64,000 bases of DNA from positions 30,615 to 94,614 of the forward strand of contig CAZBAS010000004.1 in NCBI GenBank assembly GCA_964490395.1, written 5' to 3'. Shown here in pieces: positions 56,154-64,000 of the stretch. A model generated the notes under the pieces. That model ran no database searches and was not told the DNA's origin. It saw nothing but the letters and a program-made list of their open reading frames with translations. Source of the DNA: an uncultured Candidatus Saccharibacteria bacterium (GTDB taxonomy: Bacteria > Patescibacteriota > Doudnabacteria > UBA920). Every line of letters begins with the position of its first letter. Positions within the stretch are counted from its first letter, which is position 1. Made by a program: the position numbers and the translations under genes.

Positions 56154-56501
56154 TTATTGCTCTTTTCTGGCAAGTCTCCAGTGGAAGTACCAAACCGGTG
56201 TTGCAACCAATATATAGGCCAACGCCTGAGCGGCATCGCGCTGCTTTTGGGCCGCTCTATTTTCTGCATCTTGCCTCTGCTGCAGAGCCTGAGCTTTCTC
56301 ATCACATTCGGCGCCAGGAGTCATCGCACCATCAGGGCTTTTTACCATTACTGTGCACGGGGGTGTGTAATAGTTGTTGTCTGCCTTGGTAAATACCCAA
56401 GTCTTGAGTGCCATATTTACTAACATGATTGCCCCTACAACGGCAATAACCAATGCTATTGTAGAAACGAGATAGAGATAGATTTTCTTTATATGTTGCA
56501 T
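56154..56501 (-). CDS. Hypothetical single-TM protein
   Basis: ORF with N-terminal TM. Confidence 0.35.
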   Translation of the reverse strand: MQHIKKIYLYLVSTIALVIAVVGAIMLVNMALKTWVFTKADNNYYTPPCTVMVKSPDGAMTPGAECDEKAQALQQRQDAENRAAQKQRDAAQALAYILVATPVWYFHWRLARKEQ

Positions 56502-56554
56502 ATGCGAAATGCTGAATTATGAATTAAGAAGTATGAATTAAGTATAGTAGTGCG

Positions 56555-57004
56555 TTACTTCTCATTTATGGCTGCAATATTCGATGTAGTACCACGAAAC
56601 CCTAGTAAGATTCGCGTCAATAGATATACACCGGCAAAGACAAGGATAATTGAGAATATATTTAGTATCTCTTGGCTTAGAATGTATATAGCGTATGCTG
56701 CCGTAAAACACATGAAGGCAAATGCTACGCCGAGTATATTAATGGAGGTCTTTCGTGCCACAGACCCTGCTGTATCTTTTTGTGTTGAAAAAGCAGCGAG
56801 CAGCACTACGACCCCTAAAACCATGCTCATTTTTCCTGTTCCTGCGTAGTCAAAGATAGCATTAGTGCCTTGATGCTGAGTAAAGCTAAATATATAGCAT
56901 ATGACACCCGCCAGCAAGAAAAGGCCTGCAAATAATTTTGCTATTCTGCGAAATGAGTTCATATATTTATTGATGTTCAGCTTGCATGAATTTTTTGATG
57001 TCAC
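56555..57004 (-). CDS. Hypothetical 4-TM membrane protein
   Basis: Hydrophobicity only. Overlaps the SPFH gene by 38 nt. Confidence 0.4.
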   Translation of the reverse strand: MTSKNSCKLNINKYMNSFRRIAKLFAGLFLLAGVICYIFSFTQHQGTNAIFDYAGTGKMSMVLGVVVLLAAFSTQKDTAGSVARKTSINILGVAFAFMCFTAAYAIYILSQEILNIFSIILVFAGVYLLTRILLGFRGTTSNIAAINEK

Positions 57005-57719
57005 TGATGGTGCTCATGAACTGGGCTGGGAAGATGATGGTGGAGTTCTTTTCTACAGATATTTCAGACATGGTCTGGAGGTTACGGAGTTGCAGCGCTA
57101 TAGGATGGGCCGCCATTATGTCTGCGGTTTCTGCAAGTTTTTGAGCGGCTAGGGCCTCCCCTTCTGCTGCAATAATTTTAGCGCGTTTCTCACGTTCTGC
57201 TTCTGCTTGCTTTGCCATGGCGCGCTGCATACCCTCGGGAAGCTCTATGTCTTTTATTTCCACAACAGGAATAACTACGCCCCAGGCTTCGGTGTGAGAG
57301 TCGAGTACTTTGGTAATTTCTGGGTTAATAGTTTCGCGCTCACTTAAAATTTCATCAAGCTGAAACTTACCCACAATGTTACGAACCGATGTTTGGGAAA
57401 TTTGGTTAATGGCGTTTATCACACTTTGAATTTCTACCAGACTCTTGGTAGCGTCGGTAATTTTATAGTATGCCACAGCGCTTACGTCTACCGAGACGTT
57501 ATCGCGAGTAATAATTTTCTGTGGTGGTATAGGCAGCGTTATGGTGCGCATGTCTACCTTTTTAACTATGTCGATGAACGGAATAACCCAGGTCAGTCCT
57601 GGCTCTTTTATTCCAATAACTTTACCAAAACGAAATACAACCCCTTTTTGGTACTGCTGAACAATACGCAGTCCAAGCAAGACCAACAAAACAAGAACTA
57701 TCAAAATGATTACTGGCAT
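56967..57719 (-). CDS. SPFH/band-7 (stomatin/prohibitin/HflC-like) protein
   Basis: N-terminal [35 protein letters not shown] and a C-terminal coiled coil ([20 protein letters not shown]). Confidence 0.8.
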   Translation of the reverse strand: MPVIILIVLVLLVLLGLRIVQQYQKGVVFRFGKVIGIKEPGLTWVIPFIDIVKKVDMRTITLPIPPQKIITRDNVSVDVSAVAYYKITDATKSLVEIQSVINAINQISQTSVRNIVGKFQLDEILSERETINPEITKVLDSHTEAWGVVIPVVEIKDIELPEGMQRAMAKQAEAEREKRAKIIAAEGEALAAQKLAETADIMAAHPIALQLRNLQTMSEISVEKNSTIIFPAQFMSTISDIKKFMQAEHQ

Positions 57720-57842
57720 ATACTTGCTAATTTAATTATGACCAACGCTTATATAAACATAAAAACATTTAAACATATAAGCAGGCTATTTCTAGCGCGT
57801 CCTATTGTTTAAATGTTTATATGGTTTCATGCTTAGATGAAG

Positions 57843-58268
57843 TTATTCTATTACTTCAACACCCATGCTGCGGGCAGTACCCATGACCGTCTTCATGGCA
57901 GATTCTACATCGGTAGTGTTAAGATCTACCATTTTCTGCTCTGCAATTGCCCGGACCTGAGCTTTGGTAATTTTACCAACCTTGTTAAGGAGAGGATTAG
58001 CAGCACCCTTAGGTACGCCAATTGCTTTCATAATAAGGTTAGCTACCGGAGGAGTCTTAAGGACAAAACTGTAAGTTCTGTCTTCGAAGATGGTCATCTC
58101 AACAGGGATAACCATGTCTCCCATGTTTGCAGTTTGGTCATTGAACTCTTTTACGAACTGAGCAATGTTCAAACCGTGGGGACCAAGGGCAGTACCAACT
58201 GGTGGTGCTGGAGTAGCCTTGGCAGCCTTAAGCTGAAGCTTTACGACTACTTTAACTTTCTTTGCCAT
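57843..58268 (-). CDS. rplK: 50S ribosomal protein L11
   Basis: MAKKVKVVVKLQLKAAKATPAPPVGTALGPHGLNIAQFVKEFN. Confidence 0.9.
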   Translation of the reverse strand: MAKKVKVVVKLQLKAAKATPAPPVGTALGPHGLNIAQFVKEFNDQTANMGDMVIPVEMTIFEDRTYSFVLKTPPVANLIMKAIGVPKGAANPLLNKVGKITKAQVRAIAEQKMVDLNTTDVESAMKTVMGTARSMGVEVIE

Positions 58269-58274
58269 TTTTTT

Positions 58275-58425
58275 AGTAGCTTCTAGGTGCTAGGTACTAG
58301 CTTCTAGAATGCAGGTTATAAATGAGACAGGTAGAGAAGCCGAAGGATACCCTTCGCAACCCGAAAAGCTTTTGGCTTTTAGAATTAGCTCCTAGATTTC
58401 TAGAAGCTAACAGCTAGAAGCTATA
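58275..58425. repeat. Palindromic repeat, family E (agcttctag / ctagaagct arms), in the nusG-rplK spacer
   Basis: tagcttctaggtgctaggtactagcttctag ... ctagatttctagaagctaacagctagaagct with a central hairpin cgaagg-ataccc-ttcg. May include the rplK leader. Confidence 0.4.
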
Positions 58426-58427
58426 AG

Positions 58428-58973
58428 CTAACTCTTCTTGACCTGGAGGAAATCTAGTTCAACTGGTGTTTCTCTACCGAAGATGGTAACCATAACCTTT
58501 ACCTTGCCCTTAGATTCATCCAGTTCGCCAATTTTACCTTCGTAGTCTTTAAATGGGCCGTCTACAATTCTGACCAAATCGCCCTTTTGCAAATCAACCT
58601 TAAACTTCGGCTCATCTGCGCCCATTCGTTTCTGAAGGCTTTCCATTTCTTGTGGATCAACTGGTGTTGGGATGGTACCGCTTCCTACGAATCCTGTTAC
58701 GTTAGGGGTATTACGAACCACATACCATGAGTCATCGGTAACAATCATTTCTACCAATACATACCCTGGAAAAATCTTTTCTTCCATGGTAATTCGCTTG
58801 CTGTCTTTTATGCGAATCTTTTTCTCTTTTGGCACCATGACATTGAAGATTTTATCTTCCATGCCCAAATTCTCCACACGTTGCTTGAGGTTTACTGCTA
58901 CAGAATCTTCGTAGCCACTATAGGTATGGAGCACGTACCAGTGACGCTCACCAGTAACTTGTTGTCTAGACAT
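58428..58973 (-). CDS. nusG: Transcription termination/antitermination factor NusG
   Basis: NGN domain (WYVLHTYSGYEDSV) and KOW (GDLVRIVDGPFKDYEGKI). Confidence 0.9.
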   Translation of the reverse strand: MSRQQVTGERHWYVLHTYSGYEDSVAVNLKQRVENLGMEDKIFNVMVPKEKKIRIKDSKRITMEEKIFPGYVLVEMIVTDDSWYVVRNTPNVTGFVGSGTIPTPVDPQEMESLQKRMGADEPKFKVDLQKGDLVRIVDGPFKDYEGKIGELDESKGKVKVMVTIFGRETPVELDFLQVKKS

Positions 58974-58974
58974 A

Positions 58975-59082
58975 ATGTATCGATTCTAATATGCGAATAA
59001 TTACTAATGATACGAATCATGACCAATAGCGCACATGTATTAATTAGTATAATTAGTACATTGGTATATTCGTATCGATACT
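58975..59082. mobile_element. Miniature ORF-less copy (MITE-like) of the GxxExxY element family, in the secE-nusG junction
   Basis: Left arm gtatcgattctaatatgcgaataattactaatgatac. Right arm ttagtacattggtatattcgtatcgatact is identical to the right arm of the 36712 copy. Confidence 0.5.
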
Positions 59083-59083
59083 T

Positions 59084-59278
59084 TTATTTAACTACTATCT
59101 TTTCAAATAACCGCAATAGTCCGTAGTCAGCAGCGCCAAGAATAATGGCAACCAAAAGACAAAATACTATTACTTGCACGGTATAGATAAGGGTCTGCTT
59201 GCGAGTAGGCCAAACAACCTTTTGCATTTCACCATACACGTCTTTAAAAAAACCGGTAACTTTTCTCATATAACGCAT
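59084..59278 (-). CDS. secE: Preprotein translocase subunit SecE
   Basis: 64 aa, single C-terminal TM. WPTRKQTLIYTVQVIV. Sits upstream of nusG. Confidence 0.75.
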   Translation of the reverse strand: MRYMRKVTGFFKDVYGEMQKVVWPTRKQTLIYTVQVIVFCLLVAIILGAADYGLLRLFEKIVVK

Positions 59279-59429
59279 TTCGCATCCACGAATGCATCCG
59301 AATTACAGAATTACGGGTATCGGATGCCTCGCTTTTTAAGTCTTTTTTAAAAGGCCTCGGAGGCCTTTATGTGGCCTTATTATACAATATCTCTTAATTT
59401 ACTGTCAAACCCCGCCAAGGCGAAAAAAC

Positions 59430-61597
<2,168 letters not shown>

Positions 61598-61601
61598 TAA
61601 G

Positions 61602-62396
61602 TTACATATAGAGGTAACAATAATATTGTTCAGTTTCGGGAATGCGGAACAGTGCGGCACGGCCAGTTTTCGTTTTTTCTGTTAACTCCAAAGTAGAGAT
61701 ATGATGCCACGGAACGCGAGTTTCAAGCTCAAGGAGCGAAAGCTCTGAGCAATCCACAAAGAGTCCTTGAAGCGCCTGCGCCGCTTCCCTTTTTCGCGCA
61801 AGCTTAACTGTGTCTGGCTGCAAAAATGGCAAGCGCACCCACTTTTCGTTTTCGCTTATAGAGAGCTTGTATTCACCCCGAGCCTCTGCGAGCAAGATGG
61901 CTTCTTCGTATGTTTGGATGTATTGGTTCAGCGTAGCAGCTATCTCCGCGCTTGGCTTTGCAAAACTCTGCGCATAGGAAATAAGCCTACCAAGTCTTTG
62001 TTCAAGCCCCGGGTCTATGCTCTCCGCATCTAAAGCCCCTTCTGGACTCGCTTGTTTATACACATGTATTTCTAACGCAAAATGCTCTTTTGCTTCGCCA
62101 AAAAAAGTCGCAGCTTTGCCTGCCTGACCTGGAGCGCTTGCTTCCAGCTCCTTACTTTTAAGCTCTGATTGCTCGTATGCTTGCTGAAGATAATTCTTTT
62201 TTTGCTCCGCCGCAGCACCTGCTAAGCCAGCCTCAAATGCTCCAACAAGGGTTGCGTGGGGTGGGGTTGTATTTTGTTTTCCAAATCCAAAGAAGCGTTT
62301 TATGGTACTAAGAAGGGGCATAGTTTGCAGTGAGTTTACTCCATATAGTATAGCACAAAAACCGCTGTATTTACAGGAAAACGCGCATTTTTTCAA
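61602..62396 (-). CDS. Hypothetical protein upstream of gyrB (the start may be the internal Met at MPLLS)
   Basis: ORF only. Its position upstream of gyrB is where DciA/DUF721-like genes often sit, but no motif was recognised. Confidence 0.35.
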   Translation of the reverse strand: MKKCAFSCKYSGFCAILYGVNSLQTMPLLSTIKRFFGFGKQNTTPPHATLVGAFEAGLAGAAAEQKKNYLQQAYEQSELKSKELEASAPGQAGKAATFFGEAKEHFALEIHVYKQASPEGALDAESIDPGLEQRLGRLISYAQSFAKPSAEIAATLNQYIQTYEEAILLAEARGEYKLSISENEKWVRLPFLQPDTVKLARKREAAQALQGLFVDCSELSLLELETRVPWHHISTLELTEKTKTGRAALFRIPETEQYYCYLYM

Positions 62397-62419
62397 AAAT
62401 ATTTCTGTGGTTTCCAGCC

Positions 62420-64000
62420 CTATTCTTCTGTTTGTGCGGGTACTGTGGTACCAAAGACCTTTTCGTGTAATTCTTTTGCGTCGCCATCGGATAAGTTCTG
62501 ATAGGTTGCTCGCACGGTATACCTAAAGCTACCCCCTGGCAATGGATAGCTATCTACTACTTCAAATGACCACACGTGCGGACGAGTAATCTGTTTTTGC
62601 GCATTGGCAAGGGTTTGTTCAAGTTCAGTGCGACCTGCAGCTTCTACATTTGCATCGAGCACTACCAATTTTTGTACAAGCTCAGCTGCCCCTCGAGGAC
62701 GTTCATGTGAGAGCTGCTCCAAAAGCATAAGCAAATCAATTTCAGCAAATGCTGTAGAAGGTGCTGTGCGGTTTCCAGAGAGTGGCAGTTTCTGGAGTTG
62801 GTACATAATGCCTACGGTTTTACCTGCGACTAACACAAGCCAAGCCGCATGCGGGTTTGCGAGCGTGGGTTTTTTCCCCAGTTCTTCAAAACTCACCCGA
62901 ACTGCACCCAAGGTGCGCAAAAGCTGTTCAATTGCAGTTTGCAGCCCAGCTACTACGGGTTCGCCCTTCTCTGTCTGGACTAGTAGCGCAAGTCTGTCGC
63001 TTTCGGTATACCGCTTACCGTGCATGCCAAAGACCTTACCTATTTCAAAAAGTTTAATGTGTACTATCTCTTTCCGTAAATACTCATGCTGCTGTTCAAT
63101 GAGCCCCGCAGCCAATCCTTGCCGCAGTACAGGAAACTCTTCGTTTATAGCATTTTGTGTACGCACCGCAGCAAGATCTTCCCACAGCATACTCGCATTC
63201 GCAGATGGAGTTGTCATGGGCAAGGTCAGCACTTCATCAAAGCCCTGACTTGGCAGTAGACTGCGCAATGTATCGGCCAAGCGAATGTGCGCTGGGGTTA
63301 CATCCGGCACGGGAACCAAGGTCGGTGCAATAGGAGAGATGGTGTGGAACCCTTTTATACGCACTACATCTTCTGCTACGGTACGAGGACCATGAATTTC
63401 GGAACGCCACGCTGGCGGAACAACCGCGAAGCCATTCTTTATGGGCTTTACTGCATAGCCCAATCGTTTCAAGTGCCGCGCAACTTCTGCAGGAGATATG
63501 TCTATGCCTGACACTATGGACGGTAAGTTTGCAGCCATGACTACAGGCTTGCGCTTTGGCTTATGCTGCGTAGGATAGACGTCGAACACGGTGGAGGCAA
63601 CTCGCCCGCCGCCTACCGTGACTAATACGTTTGCTAAATACTCAAGAGCAAATTTAACTCCCTCAGGACTTAGTTCTTTCTCTAAACGATTAGAAGCTTC
63701 CGTTGTTACTTGCAATGAACGAGCATCGGTTCGAACTTTAACAGCATCGTATACAGCCACTTCCGCAAGCACGCTGGTAGTGCGCTCGGAAATAGCGCTG
63801 CGGCGACCGCCAACAGCGCTCGCAAGTACAAGTGGCCCTAAGTTATCCGATATAACCAACTCTTTGCCTTTGTGCAGCTCTAAAACCGTGCCGTCGAGTG
63901 TAGTGAGGGTGTCGTTTTTTGGCGCACGCTCCCAAAGCAAGCCGCCCACAACTTTCCCCGCATCAAAAATATGGTTTGGGTACCCAGTCATCAGCATGGC
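62420..64000 (-). CDS. pheT: Phenylalanyl-tRNA synthetase beta subunit, C-terminal part (the 5' end lies beyond the window)
   Basis: B3/B4-like block (GYPNHIFDAGKVVGG...LGPLVLASAVGG), B5-like block (KPKRKPVVMAANLPSIVSGIDISPAEVARHLKRLGY), and a C-terminal catalytic-like and FDVYP region. Confidence 0.65.
   Translation of the reverse strand, partial: AMLMTGYPNHIFDAGKVVGGLLWERAPKNDTLTTLDGTVLELHKGKELVISDNLGPLVLASAVGGRRSAISERTTSVLAEVAVYDAVKVRTDARSLQVTTEASNRLEKELSPEGVKFALEYLANVLVTVGGGRVASTVFDVYPTQHKPKRKPVVMAANLPSIVSGIDISPAEVARHLKRLGYAVKPIKNGFAVVPPAWRSEIHGPRTVAEDVVRIKGFHTISPIAPTLVPVPDVTPAHIRLADTLRSLLPSQGFDEVLTLPMTTPSANASMLWEDLAAVRTQNAINEEFPVLRQGLAAGLIEQQHEYLRKEIVHIKLFEIGKVFGMHGKRYTESDRLALLVQTEKGEPVVAGLQTAIEQLLRTLGAVRVSFEELGKKPTLANPHAAWLVLVAGKTVGIMYQLQKLPLSGNRTAPSTAFAEIDLLMLLEQLSHERPRGAAELVQKLVVLDANVEAAGRTELEQTLANAQKQITRPHVWSFEVVDSYPLPGGSFRYTVRATYQNLSDGDAKELHEKVFGTTVPAQTEE

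Noticed and set aside
59315-59385. Hairpin aaaggcctc-g-gaggccttt downstream of gyrB as an intrinsic terminator.
   Set aside because: It is a perfect 9-bp stem, but it is not followed by a U-run on either strand. Only 4 A/T residues flank it. This is too weak to call.

Overview
This 64-kb window is gene-dense and uses the standard genetic code; TGA, TAA and TAG all terminate well-supported genes. Spacers are short, and many genes encode small secreted or membrane proteins. The housekeeping complement looks reduced and partly rearranged: gyrB, pheT (partial), gltX, fmt, def, pyrG, prfB, ftsEX, secE-nusG-rplK ... rplA, rplI, rpmA, hup, gpmA-like and two DEDD exonucleases. Together with a sortase/LPXTG pair and MacB-type ABC genes, this suggests by inference a Patescibacteria/CPR-like or similarly reduced monoderm-type bacterium.

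The left third (0-17 kb) is a cell-surface and polysaccharide-active accessory region. It carries two glycoside-hydrolase-like secreted proteins, a GT2 glycosyltransferase, a 918-aa protein with CBM, Big and CE4 domains, and an 855-aa DUF11 LPXTG surface protein followed by a sortase homologue whose catalytic Cys position reads Ser.

The middle section carries a MacB-type ABC operon interrupted by a four-helix-bundle gene and a GxxExxY (PD-(D/E)XK) gene. The GxxExxY gene sits between ~38-bp inverted repeats, and two ORF-less miniature copies of the same element lie elsewhere in the window, so this looks like an unrecognised MITE-like mobile element family. A PaaX-like gene is flanked by 39-bp inverted repeats. 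A cassette made of an E1-like (ThiF/MoeB-fold) protein, two unknown proteins and a two-domain nitroreductase-like protein is bracketed by a response regulator and a sensor kinase. Three peptidoglycan-hydrolase genes cluster together: an M23 peptidase plus two paralogues that share a pilin-like N-terminus and carry swapped SLT/Rpf-like and M15-like C-termini.

At least five families of short intergenic palindromic or AT-rich repeats recur across the window. A ~90-nt hairpin-rich leader is repeated upstream of three consecutive small membrane-protein genes. No rRNA, tRNA or CRISPR array was found by eye.
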